Below, piece by piece: positions 1 to 11,094 of a stretch of DNA of 35,181 nt. Source of the stretch: Phoronis australis (Eukaryota; Animalia; Phoronida); assembly GCA_002633005.1 (NCBI GenBank), contig NMRA01001250.1, positions 1 to 35,181 of the forward strand, read 5' to 3'. How positions within the stretch are numbered: the stretch's first letter is position 1; every line of letters begins with the position of its first letter. A model generated the notes under the pieces. That model did no database searches, was not told where the DNA came from, and saw nothing but the letters and a program-made list of their open reading frames with translations. The translations under genes were made by a program, and so were the position numbers.

Positions 1-151
1 GTGTGTGTGTGTTATTTTAAACCGTTGAACGTTCTTATTACGTACTCTTCGATAAAGCGTTTTTCAAGCACAATTTTGGTTATAACAGAGAATTGTTGAA
101 CAAAATTGAAGTTGAAAAATGTGATTTTTGGTTAAAACTCAACCCTAGTTC

Positions 152-381
152 AGGCAGACTCAAGTGTTCACTAAAAAGACAAATTCACCCAAGATTCATT
201 TGAAGAGCGAACAGGAAAGACAATGCGCAATAACTTGTGTGCTTAGTCAGGGTCGTTTTTTCAAAGGTCGATAGCTTGGTGATAATGAAGCTAAGACAGT
301 CGTAGGCATTCACTAGCGAAGATGCCACCGCATTTTTTGTAAGAATGAAACACTCATACTGAAATGAGACATGACGATATT
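152..381. repeat. Diverged interspersed repeat, copy 1 (paralog at 1313-1540)
   Basis: Colinear blocks shared with 1313-1540: aggcagactcaag..ttcactaaa, ggtcgt, acagt.gta.gcat, ccgcattttt, aatgaaa, tactga..tgagacatga. Confidence 0.6.
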
Positions 382-1312
382 AAGAAAACGACACTCTTAA
401 AGCAACTTACACATGTACATGTATGAGTTATCTTAGCAATCGTGGTAGAATGGTAATTAGATACGACCACCTTAGCTAAGGTGAGGTGTAAGAACTTTGA
501 CAAGGCTCATCTATTACAACTCACACTGCACTCCAAACATTGCATATTTGTAATACAGCAGGGATTGAAGGCTGCTCAAAGTTGATTATGCGGAGTAAAT
601 CGCATTGACTCTTTAATTTTTCGTTGAGTCATGAACTCGCGAAGCGCTCAAAGCTGTAGACCTAACTTACCAATCACTGAAGAAAACCCTTGACCCATTA
701 AACGATAATAACCAGCGTTTCACATTCGTGCATCCGCTTTCCATCTGAAGGAAACGACGCTCATTGCCAAATTTCACCTCCATTGCTGGATTTTCGAGGC
801 TTTGCCACAGAAAGAGAAAATGGACAATTAGGTCTATTTTTACTCATCGGTTCACAGAAAGTGCAAAAAAATTGTGTTGATTTTTGTTTTAAAAATTCAA
901 AGTATTCTCAATTGATGCAAATTTGTTGCTACCCAGGACCTTCTTGTAAATACGTTTATTACTCATGAAAGGGGAAAGGGGGAAATTTTTGTACAATAAG
1001 TTCCCCATCCCAGCTATGAAAGTAAAGATAAGAGCTAAAACTGTTCACAATTTTTCGGTTGTAGCTCTGTCTCACTTTTGGTTCACGATTTCAGTTTTTG
1101 CTGATTTCCTTTGTCAGAAAACTTAAGGCCAACACCAAACCGTGCTTAAAGGTAATGTCAACATTACCCAGCACCGTACCATAATCACGCCATAGTATAA
1201 GGTAACTGGACAGCTAGATATAGCAACTTTGTGACTTACCACCTCACAACACTGTATTCGTTTTTTGAAACGGTTAAAATTCCGGTTAAAATTCTGTTAA
1301 CTGCTTCAGCAG

Positions 1313-1540
1313 AGGCAGACTCAAGCCTTCACTAAAGAATCAAGTTCGCACAGGAGTCATTAGAAGAGAAAAGAAGATACAAAACAAAATAACCTTTGTA
1401 CATCAAGGGGTCGTGTCATTGAAGGTTTAGCCCGATCATACATGTACCTAATAAAACAGTAGTAAGCATGTTTAGTGAAGGTGACTCCGCATTTTTATGA
1501 AAATGAAAACCTCCTACTGAGGTGAGACATGATAATAGTT
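1313..1540. repeat. Diverged interspersed repeat, copy 2 (paralog at 152-381)
   Basis: Same ordered blocks as 152-381, in direct orientation. Confidence 0.6.
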
Positions 1541-1876
1541 TGCATTCAAACAGGACAACCTCTTCATAAAACACGGAAAGGAATTTTCAACCAATAGAAC
1601 ATCAGGATACAACAGTCTTAGCCCTAACACCAGGCTTAATACCTTTTAACACGAGGCCCAGATATTTATCACCCATCATAACGTACACCAAGGTCTGTAT
1701 CTACAATGTACAAAATGTGTGCGTTTGAAGACTTCACAAAATAAATTGTGTGTGTATCAAATAGTAATGACAACTTACAAACTTTTCAGCGGGACATGGT
1801 GTATATGCAAGGTGTCATAGCCCAAAGACTGACGGTAAGAGTGGATCCACTTCACGTATCTTAGTGACCAGCCTCC

Positions 1877-2037
1877 CGTTCAGTAACGCTAGGACCTCGC
1901 TAAAAATCAAGACTTCGCGAGATTACGTGAGATATTGCCGTGTATTTTAAATGAGAACGCGTGACTTTGACTAGCTAGCGTGTTTTAGCTACATGTAGGT
2001 CCTAGCGTAGGTCCTAGCGTCTACTGAACGCACGCCC
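1877..2037. mobile_element. Short MITE-like inverted-repeat element (PIF/Harbinger-like by style)
   Basis: cgttcagtaacgctaggacct (from 1877) is inverted with aggtcctagcgtctactgaacg (to 2030). There is an internal tandem duplication of gtaggtcctagc. The superfamily is inferred. Confidence 0.55.
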
Positions 2038-2759
2038 GCATTCTACACTCGCATGTGAGTTGTTAACATCGCGAGGATAATTATTCTTTCTGCTTCTATC
2101 AGTTAAAAATTTCATAATCCGGATTTAAAACAAGTTAGTTTAATCGAAACTTAAGACCCAATAATGCTCATTCAAAAAACTCCAAATTTTCCAACTTAAC
2201 TGAGTTTGATAGGAATTTTTTAATTTACTTTTTATTTTTGGTTGAGTATCACCTCCTGAAATGGTCGCCGTATAGATTGACAGATGACTCATGCATTATG
2301 GGTACTCACTCAAGGGCTGTCAATAGGTAATGAGGTTTCCGCTGGAACCCCGCCCACTTTTTATTTTTTAGAACTAATAGGACAATAAGGCAAACACAAA
2401 CAAAGCTGGAAGCTACAAAATGTTTACAATTCATTGATATCTTTCCACTGACAAAACTCTTCCAGAGTCTAAATTGGTGAATTTAGAGGAAAGAGTATCT
2501 TTAAACAAGCAATACCTAATGCTGAAATTCACCTGCCCTCGTGACAAAAGCATGTTTAATAGCTTTTGAATTAGAAACCGTGTTTCACAAAATTGGTTTG
2601 GACCTGTTCCTTACTCAGATTTGGAGTGACTCTGTGTGCTTCGCCTAAATTAAACTGATGGTAGACCTTCGGGTCTTAGTACTTTACTGCCTGTTCACCG
2701 AGTGTAGGAGATAGTGGATTAGGTTAGTTCCAAACTAGATGGTCCGACTTTGCATATGA

Positions 2760-3492
2760 TTTCCAGGTGACTGTTGTGTTTTGTCATGACGCTACTGAAC
2801 CGTTAGTGGTGACTGGTCAAGCTCAAGCAAGATGGTTATTGTTACATGGTTAATACTGATTCAAACCCCATGTATACTTATGCTAATGAACTTCGTTTTT
2901 CAAGCGCGGGTTGCCAGTCACGCTATTGCTGTTACACATGTGTTGCTTGGCGCAGTCTACCAGTGATTTGGGTGTAGTGCAGTTGTGTTTTGCTACGCTC
3001 TTTATCTCATGTTTGCGGCACATGGTGCTCATGTTAGTTCGCTCAAAGACAACGCAAATGTCCCTAACAAGTGATTATATTCGCCAGCACAATAAACCTG
3101 AACAGTCCACCAACATGGACGCTCTGGAACCCTCCTCCACCCAGTGGGGAGAGGTTAAACACCAGAGACGCCTGGCGGCTAATACAAAGCTTAACAGCTC
3201 AAGCCAGTTAAAATGTGTGGGAACTGTAAGTTCGACTTATATTGAATATTCGCTAGAACTGGTACTTCTAATACGACATGTCAGTCGGTTTTTGTTAATT
3301 AACCTGAGTGTTACGTGCAGCAGGCCTTTAGGTTCCTTCTGGTTGTGATTCGAAAGTGTATTTATGCTGTGGTTTGTTATGGAGGGTCGTTTGACTTGCT
3401 TGATTATTGAACCCGTGAAATTTCCAGATGACTGTTGTGTTTTGTCATGACGCTACTGGACCGTAAGTTGTGACTGGTCAAGCTCAAGCAAG
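2760..3492 (+). repeat. Pair of ~72-bp direct repeats (2760-2831 and 3421-3492)
   Basis: tttccag(g/a)tgactgttgtgttttgtcatgacgctactg(a/g)accgt(t/a)agt(g/t)gtgactggtcaagctcaagcaag occurs twice with 4 mismatches, 661 bp apart. Confidence 0.85.
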
Positions 3493-3728
3493 GCTGGGGA
3501 ATGAGTAACACTCAAGCCAAAGCAGTGAACAGTCGGTAAGGCTGACAAGCTGTTAGTTGTGGCGCTGTGTAGCGCCTCAAGAGACACTTATGAACTGTGA
3601 TAACTTATCGTGTCAGTTTAGGAACGATTTTTTTAAACAGCCTTGACATTTTATTTGGAAATACCGAATGTAACAACAGTATAAATATTGTATAAACATA
3701 TCTGTTTCAGTGAGGCGTGGAAATATGT

Positions 3729-4055
3729 TGCAAACATTTTGTCCCGTCAGCACGCCATCTTTTTGATCCCATCACGTGACCTAACGAATAGAAGTCCGAA
3801 AGAATTCTGCCCCTGACTCGGACTCAAACCAACGACCTTTTGCTAACCTTGGTCAAGGGTAAGATGGCCACTACTAAGTCTGATTGGATTTCTGTCTTAC
3901 ACCAGTGGTCCCGATGGCTCAGTGGCTAGAGCGTCTGAACGGTGAGCACAAGGTCATGGGTTCCAGTCCCCGATATCTTTTCGGACTTGTATTAAGTTCA
4001 TTTGGTCGCGTGATGTGACCAAAAGATGGCGTGCTGACGAGACAAAATGTTCGCA
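3729..4055. mobile_element. Fold-back element: two divergent tRNA-derived SINE-like units
   Basis: Inverted arms 3729-3803 and 3976-4055 (cattttgtcccgtcagcacgccatctttt / aaaagatggcgtgctgacgagacaaaatg). The + strand has an A-box-like tggctcagtgg (3915-3925) and B-box-like ggttccagtcc (3959-3969). The - strand has a B-box-like ggtttgagtcc (3820-3830). Confidence 0.7.
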
Positions 4056-4414
4056 GTATAAATCTTGTAGTTTTAATGCCATTTATCACTGTAGAATGCA
4101 GAACTAAATTCCGTTAAAAACTGATGTCACTAGAGTTTTGAAAAAACTATCGAAATATAGAATCTACTATTGGTAATACCAATGGTACATTAGAATATCA
4201 CAACGAAAACTGCATGGAACTTAGTACAACTATAACGTTGGTAAATGTTTATGTATATTTATTTACGTTTGTATTGTAATTGTCAATTTGATATGATAAA
4301 TGTTTAAAAAAAAAATTAAAAATTGCGTGTCAGCAATCACTGTCATGAGTTTAAAGGACAATGCCTCTGGACATAATGACAATATATAGGTTGTATGGAC
4401 AGTGACTGTATCAG

Positions 4415-4755
4415 TACCCAGAAAACATACAGGTAATGGGCCAATAGTGGCGCTGTACAGTCTTGTGCGTTGGCCCAATTATGTAGGCCAGTACTGGCTC
4501 ACTAACAGATTGCACACCCGTTTGGTACTGGACAGGTACAGGGAGTGCTGTAACGGACCATTACTGGACCAATAGAGCAAAACCGGTTTCGGCCCCATAA
4601 CGGGCCAGTATTGACACACTGTGGTGGCCCTGTGCAGGGCCACTGTTGGGCCCATACTAAGGAGGTAAATTAATGCCATAGGTGACAGTGCAGTGGTGGG
4701 CCAGTACAGTGCCGGTATTGGATCATTAATGTTCCATTTACAGGCCCAATGCCGG
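4415..4755. repeat. Array of degenerate ggccagta/gggccca motifs, probably the subterminal region of a DNA transposon with a cccag terminus
   Basis: Starts tacccagaaaaca and has many imperfect copies of gggcca(g/a)ta(c/g). No convincing partner TIR was found. Confidence 0.4.
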
Positions 4756-5019
4756 AATTTATTTATTGTTTGTTTTGTTTGTTTTTTTCAATGCTACAAC
4801 TGTGCTTTGTGGGTCATTTCAATCTAATTGCATGTGTAGTTGTGACTTACTAGAAGAAAAAGCTCGTTCTTTAATACTTTTTAATATGAAGTATTCTAAG
4901 GTAAAATAAGCACAGAAATAAATGAGTAAATAAAAACAAAGACAAAGTATCTTCATAAAAACTAAGCAGCTACTGTAACAAGAAACAACTTTTTGTAAAA
5001 CTGTCTCAGGCTCGATAGT

Positions 5020-5134
5020 GGCGGCTTCACGCAGTCTTCGTCCTCTCACCCCGTCGCCAGAGTTTCGGAACCAGTTGCCAGCCTCTTTTACAAAAAGCAT
5101 GCATTAGCATTGCTGTGCTCCTTGATCACATTCC
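5020..5134 (-). pseudogene. Degenerate exon resembling the C-terminus of TE-associated BEN/DUF4806-like proteins
   Basis: After a - strand acceptor (gttttatttcag) it reads NVIKEHSNANA, then a frameshift, then LFVKEAGNWFRNSGDGVRGRRLRE. This resembles the WxRxxxDRxGGRxxR ending of such domains. Recognised by eye. Confidence 0.35.
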
Positions 5135-7330
5135 CTGAAATAAAACGTCGCCTGTTTAGTATACTCCACTATACAGTTTCCAGATAAGTTATGCGTAATC
5201 AGAATTACCTAAAGACACTGTATGCCATTCCAACATGAAACTTATTTGCGATGCATAATCTGCAAGATGTAAATGTATCATCGTTTGTCAACACAAGTAC
5301 TACAGCTGGTTGTAGTACTTCGGTTGCTTGGAATAAATAATTTCAGAAGCGATTTTTTATTCATTCCATTTCTTCCCAAAATGTCTAGTACGTTACCATG
5401 TTAAGATTCCTGAAAAATACTTCACAATCTGTTACAAAAAGTTTCATGAACATTAATCATCACTGACGTCCCACACTAGGCTACATAATAAAATATAAAG
5501 GTTGGACTTCAAAAATTGATTTGCTCAGAATGTTCTACTCAAATGTGCATGGACCTTTACGAAAGCAGTACCAAACAAATTTTTGAATACCTTCTTTCAC
5601 TTTATCATATTAAGCTGCCTTCGAGTGGTGGTTTGAAAACAAAAATGTCGAAACCGTTCAAGGTTACTTTGTGACGTTCATGGCAGACGACTTCGTACAC
5701 ATCTGGACTTTTCATAGACACTCCCGCAGCTATACCGAAGCTATTTTAGTCTGCCCACGAATGTTACTTGAGTGTCGCTCACACAATTTAATGTCCGTAG
5801 GAATATATTTAAACTCAGATTTTGTAAAATAAACTTGTTTAAAACCAAAAAAACACTGGTTGCTCGCTACTAACTTAGGCCCGCAACTAAACCTATGTTC
5901 AGACATCGGATCTCAACCAAACACCAAGTGTTCGTTGCGCTTGAACCAATGACGTCAAAATCAAACACAAGATACGCCAGTTCTTGCAACTAAGTTCTAG
6001 ATAACCAGTAAGAGATAAAATGAGAAGAATCAAATTACACGTAAATGGAAGGCTTAATTTCGGACAAATTTCTTGATTTTGACGTAGGGGTTGCTTGCTC
6101 AAACTCAATATTTTATCTTCGACAGGCGTGCAAGTTAGACCATACGTGAAATCCGCCATGTTAACTATTTAGCCTACTTGAATTCAGAGTTTTGCGTTTA
6201 TGAGGTTTATGCAGCCGGATATTCCTGGACTCGCATTTGTGTCATTGGTGCACACAAAACGGCACAAGTACATTGCAGTAGTGACCCCCTCGGGCGCATC
6301 TTTTAAGACGAAACTCCTCCAAAAATGCAAGATTCTAGACAACTTACAGCCCGTCGGATAATCTACAGGTCGCAGATTTCATTAAAATGAGTTAACAGGC
6401 AGTTAAGGTTTTCCAATATTTGTTCGTAAAATATCATTCCTGTTTATCATCAGGAGCACCCAAAGGGCACAGGTTCAAATATGGTAAGAAATATCCCTGT
6501 TTATGTAATACCTGTCTGAGGGAGGTGCACACAAATTTCACTTGGACAGCTGAAGTTGGGAGCCTCTAGGCTCGACAAAGTTTTAGTGTCCAACCTTTAT
6601 GTTTCTTATATGGTTAACTAACGGATCATCGGCAGGTTCGTCGGCCTGTGGTATAAATCACAGGCATCCTCAACTTCTGATCATCTTTAATACTTCAGCT
6701 AATACCACAAGCACTCGGTACTAGGAATTCCAGGTAAAATTATAGTTGCCTGGTCCCTATTCAGACCCTATTCAATCCTTTATATCTTCCAAAAATGATA
6801 ACACATGGATGACATATACCTCAATCGATTTGTAATTGTTCACTCTTGATTTCTATGTCAAATTGTTTCCATTTAACCTTTCACTTTCCAAAAGTTCAAC
6901 GCCAAACTTCGCATAAGTTACAGAGCAAAAATCTCTCGTTTTTTCACGGAAGCCATTGAAAATCCGGTGCTATGACAAGGATACCTAGCGTCGAAATGCG
7001 TGCCCGTTAAGTCGATCATTGTACATGTGAAAGAAACGTGCACATTATGTTCTTGGGACGGATCTGAAAAACGCCAAAGAGGAAACGAAACGTTATGAAA
7101 TTTACGTGCGGTGCATTCATAGGATAGGCGTATCACGGGGGCAGGGTGGTAATTGCTCCGCCCATTTTGGGGCAAAAATAGTGAAATTTGCAAGCATGTT
7201 AGGAAAAAATCGGGTAAATAAAAAAACTGGTAAACTATCAGCTGCCAGCCCCCAAACAGCAAGCCCAAATACGTTTGGCTACATTATACATGCCATGGTT
7301 TGCATTGTAGAAACCATCTACGTGCATGAG

Positions 7331-7540
7331 CAGTGGCGTAGCGAGGGTGTGCCAGGGGGCACTTGTTCCCGGGCAAACCCGGAGGGCAAATAGGTGGCTA
7401 CCGTAGGGGAGGGGCACCAAACATGTGGAGACGGCAGGGACGCCAGTTTGATGGCAAGGGGCCCGGGCTTCAAACTGGTGGCAAAAGGGAGGTCACACTG
7501 TCGTCCCCCCTGGCGTTGATAATCCTAGCTAGATCGGCAG
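7331..7540. mobile_element. hAT-like MITE remnant
   Basis: Begins cagtggcgtagc, a terminus style typical of hAT-derived MITEs, with G-rich and C-rich subtermini. The right end is decayed. Confidence 0.45.
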
Positions 7541-7623
7541 GTATCCTTTCTATGCAGGGAGTGGCAGTGGAGGGAGGTTCACTACTTTTAAATTATAGGC
7601 CCAGTGAAGGGCCTGGTTTTTTC

Positions 7624-8515
7624 TCATATTTTTACATGTATTATCTTTTTTGTTTTTGTATATATTTTGGTTTCATGGCGTCTGGTATTGTGGCCACTGA
7701 GACAGAGATGAGTGAGGATGTTGGTAAATGCGTCTGCCGCTGTTCTTCCGTACCTCTCCGGCCACATCTGTTCATCCAGATATACTGGCAGACTATTGTC
7801 TATCACTCCAGACATGGCCTTGAATCGCTGCTTTATGTGCCTCCAGTGGTTCTTGTTGTTCTGTGAGTGGACATCAGTAAGAGGACACAATAACAGAATG
7901 GTTGACTGTGCTGTGCTGGTATGGCGGGAACGTTAGCAATTATCTGGTAGGCACACTACTGATCCCCCAGAGCCGATCCAGCGTATAACAAGCGGGAGAT
8001 GCGTCGTCATTCCGACGGCATACGAGTTGGATGCGCCCCAGGCGCTGTGCTGGACAGTAAGCGCCGAGTACCTATCTCTCGGGAACGAGTCGTCCCTCGT
8101 TGTAAATCATCGCCTCGTCAATTTCCACGACGATCATTAGGCCACCCAAACTCTGTAACACGGGTCACTGCAGCAAGTTCCAGGAACATAAAACTCGGAT
8201 ATACGTGAACCACTGTATCACGGTGCACTTGCTAAGGTTCAGCATTTCCATGACATATACAGTTGAATTAAGGTACCCAGTGGTAGATATGACTTCTCGA
8301 AATAAGAGCCGGATCGTATCGAGAGCTTGTGTCCCTTCTGTCGTTGACACCTCTCTCCAGACGGTGCTTCTCTCCATCTTTACTTGCGTCATTTGACCCA
8401 TACATGTCACACAGAGAGGGGGCTGCCGGCGAAGTAGCATTTGCTGACGGAGAAAAGCCACAGCAGTTTCATGTGAATGAGCAGCGGCGACAATTTCTTG
8501 GAACGACATGATCAA
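7624..8515 (-). pseudogene. Merlin / IS1595 (ISXO2-like) DDE transposase pseudogene
   Basis: Frameshifted - strand motifs in order: an N-terminal CxxC (LCVTC), TVIQWFTYIRVLCS, LGGLMIVVEIDE, YNEGRLVPER*VLG, and VHSQNNKNHWRHIKQRFKAMSG...LPVYLDEQMWPERYG...AFTNIL. These match the ISXO2-like consensus (GG..VEIDE; HTxxIExxW; YLDEFxWR). Confidence 0.85.
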
Positions 8516-8961
8516 TAGAGAACTACATGTACATGCATCACGGAGGTGTGAAAATCACCTTGTTCTAGGCATGTAAGGATTTTGCTTTGAAGACGTATCA
8601 TTGAAAAATAAACACCACGAATTCCAACACACGTTCACGGTCGTTTGGGGAGACCAGGGTGGGTACGTCCCCTTAGTATTTATTTAGAAAGTAATGGTAG
8701 ATCTAGAAGTTGTGCAGATGTTCAGATTTCTGCTTGTAAAGAAAATATAGCCATTGGATTTTAATTATGATTAGTTAAAGAATTTTTATTGATTCCTTAC
8801 TGATACCACTATCTCCCCTACTGCTGGGTAAAATTAAAACGATTTTCGAAGTCCACCACTACGTTAACTGCACTTTTCATGTGGTATGCTAACTTTGAAC
8901 AAGAAACTGGGGTTGGACCTGGACACAATTTGCAACGGCAAACGTCCGCAACATCAAGGTA

Positions 8962-9100
8962 CATGGGTGGCGCACCATAGGGGGCTGTGGGTATAGCCCC
9001 ACTTTTTTCAGCACTGCGCCGCCCATGAGGCAAGCTAAACTCATTTGGCTGTTAGCGGGGTTTTTTGCTCCTTTCCAAAGGGTGTGTTAAATCCGCCTAT
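8962..9100. mobile_element. hAT-like MITE remnant
   Basis: The right end aatccgcctatg is the reverse complement of a cataggcgga terminus. The left end is decayed and G-rich. Confidence 0.4.
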
Positions 9101-9589
9101 GCTAGCCTGTACTCATCTTTTAGATTGTAAAACGTAGATTGTTGTGCAGTGTACTAGGTGGCGACCGCCGGGGGTGCTGTGAGAGTTGAGAGACCGACAA
9201 AAATTTTCAAGGGGCATTAATTCTCGTGGTAGCCGGCGTAAAAACGACATGTCGGCGCAGTAGGCCCCGTTTTCTTATTTGCAATTGCGTATACCTGGCA
9301 CAACGCTCGGTACCCGGCCGTCTACTGTACCAAGCAATTGCTAGATACCGGGAATTTCACCTGTATCTGCTCCTTCTCGAAAGTGTGCCCGATTAAGCAA
9401 TTGCGGGGCGGGTAGCATATGTCAAAGCGCGGGGCCTTGTTCGAATGTCATACAACGATTATGTCAAAGCAAAGCAACGTACAGGTATTTTTCATTATTG
9501 GGGACAAATAAATAAACGCAAGAATAATGTATATTTTAAGTTGTATTGGGAATTTCAGGATCACAGCTCTACAAATAATTATTTCACAG

Positions 9590-9840
9590 AAGGTACCAGA
9601 TGGGTACCTTAATTATAAGTGATAACACACCGATTTGCGATACCCAATTTGTAATTGAGTGTCGATTACTAAGTGGCACATGTTAGTATGGTACCAAGTG
9701 GGTACATAATACCACATGGGTATTGGCCGATTGCCTACCAACTGGGTCGAACAAAACGGCAAATTCAATAATAAGTAGCAAGCGGGTACAAACTGCCAAA
9801 TGGGCAAATATCATATAAAGTACCAAGCGGGTACACCAAA
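9590..9840. repeat. Dispersed array of tacca..(t/c)gggtac motifs (probable transposon subterminal repeats)
   Basis: ggtaccagatgggtacc, ggtaccaagtgggtaca, taccacatgggta, taccaactgggt, tagcaagcgggtaca, tgccaaatgggca, gtaccaagcgggtaca. Confidence 0.6.
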
Positions 9841-10574
9841 CAGCCAGCTCGGGTGCAGCACTGGTCGGTAACCGACGAAATCGTTTCTTGCTTGACAGCA
9901 ACCCGCTCCGACATCCTTCAAGGAGGTCCAGCAGTGACTGGAATAACAACAATAACCAGCAGCAGATTGGGCTCGACACGGGGTAAGGAGAGTGGGATGG
10001 GTATAAAACGGGTTTATTTAGAGTTGGTTGAAGTCAGGGCAAGGAGGGTGAGAGAGTTTGAATAATTGTGTAATTAGTAAACACTTACGAGTGATTGCAC
10101 TGTAGACTGAGGCTGGGACAAGCGGAAGCTGGAGAGGGAGAACAACCAGCGCTACGATCGGACTAGATAGGTACTAACTAGGAGTTGGATATGAAGCTTG
10201 AAGGGGTGTAGAATGATATTTGCCCAAACAATAATTAATATTAAGAAGGTAAGGCGTAAATAAAAATACATTTCGTTTCCCTCGTGCGAACTGTCTGTAA
10301 AATATGTGCGCAACTCAAAAGAGTTTATTGAATACCTGAGAAAGTAATTCTTTTTTTTTTCCACTTGTAAATGCGATGTATTCGTTACAACAAAAATAAA
10401 CGCTGCCCAGCAACAGAAAAGTGAAATAATAAAATGTTTTACCAACCGACTTACCCATCTCAGAGCCGTGAAGGTCGGAAGACGAATACCAGAAACCACC
10501 AGGGTTTTTAAAGTAGCCAAGGAGAGTTTGCAAAGTTTTAAAACACTTCTACGTATTCAGTCGTTCGGATTGTC

Positions 10575-10802
10575 CAGTGGCAGATTTACGTTTTCAGTAA
10601 GGGGAGGGGGGGGGGTTAGAATTCGAGTAAATCCGAGGCGCATAGCAATGAGCGGAAGGAAGGTCTTCTCCCCGTGTAAGATTTGTTGTGATTTTTAGTA
10701 GCTGATTTAGTTTTTCTGGCGAATTTTTTTTTCAGTTTTTATTTTTGATCCTGTCCCGAAGGGAGGTTGAACCCCCTGAACCCCCCTGTAGATCCGCGTC
10801 TG
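10575..10802. mobile_element. hAT-like MITE
   Basis: Imperfect TIRs cagtggcagattt / agatccgcgtctg, flanked on both sides by ttgtc. Its right part resembles 24475-24564. Confidence 0.65.
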
Positions 10803-11094
10803 TTGTCACGGAAATTTTTGGCACTCTGCACTTAGCAAAACTGTCAATTTTAGATGAAACGTCAGTGTCATGTTAAAGTTCATAGGCCTGTTCATTGTAC
10901 TCACAAATGCTTACATATCAACTCTTAAGAATTATTCTAAGTTTTACGAATGGTACGGCATGCTAAGTCTTTACGGCCAAAAGGAAAGAATCTTACAGAC
11001 TTTGCTCAAAATTACTTCTAAGTTTATACACTTTTTATTAAAAGCTAGATTTAGACTGACCTTTCACTTACAACCAGACTTCTTAATTGGTCAA

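Noticed and set aside
3907-3975. Functional tRNA gene
   Set aside because: A- and B-box-like motifs are present, but the T-loop is altered (ttcca), the acceptor stem does not close, and it runs into a repeat body.
5610-6406. TTAA-bounded element (ttaagctgcct...aggcagttaa) with an 86-aa ORF at 5899-6159
   Set aside because: The terminal match is only ~6-10 bp with an indel, and the ORF has no recognisable domain.
9590-9840. Repeat-spacer pattern resembling CRISPR
   Set aside because: The repeats are only ~15 bp, degenerate and irregularly spaced, which fits transposon subterminal motifs better.
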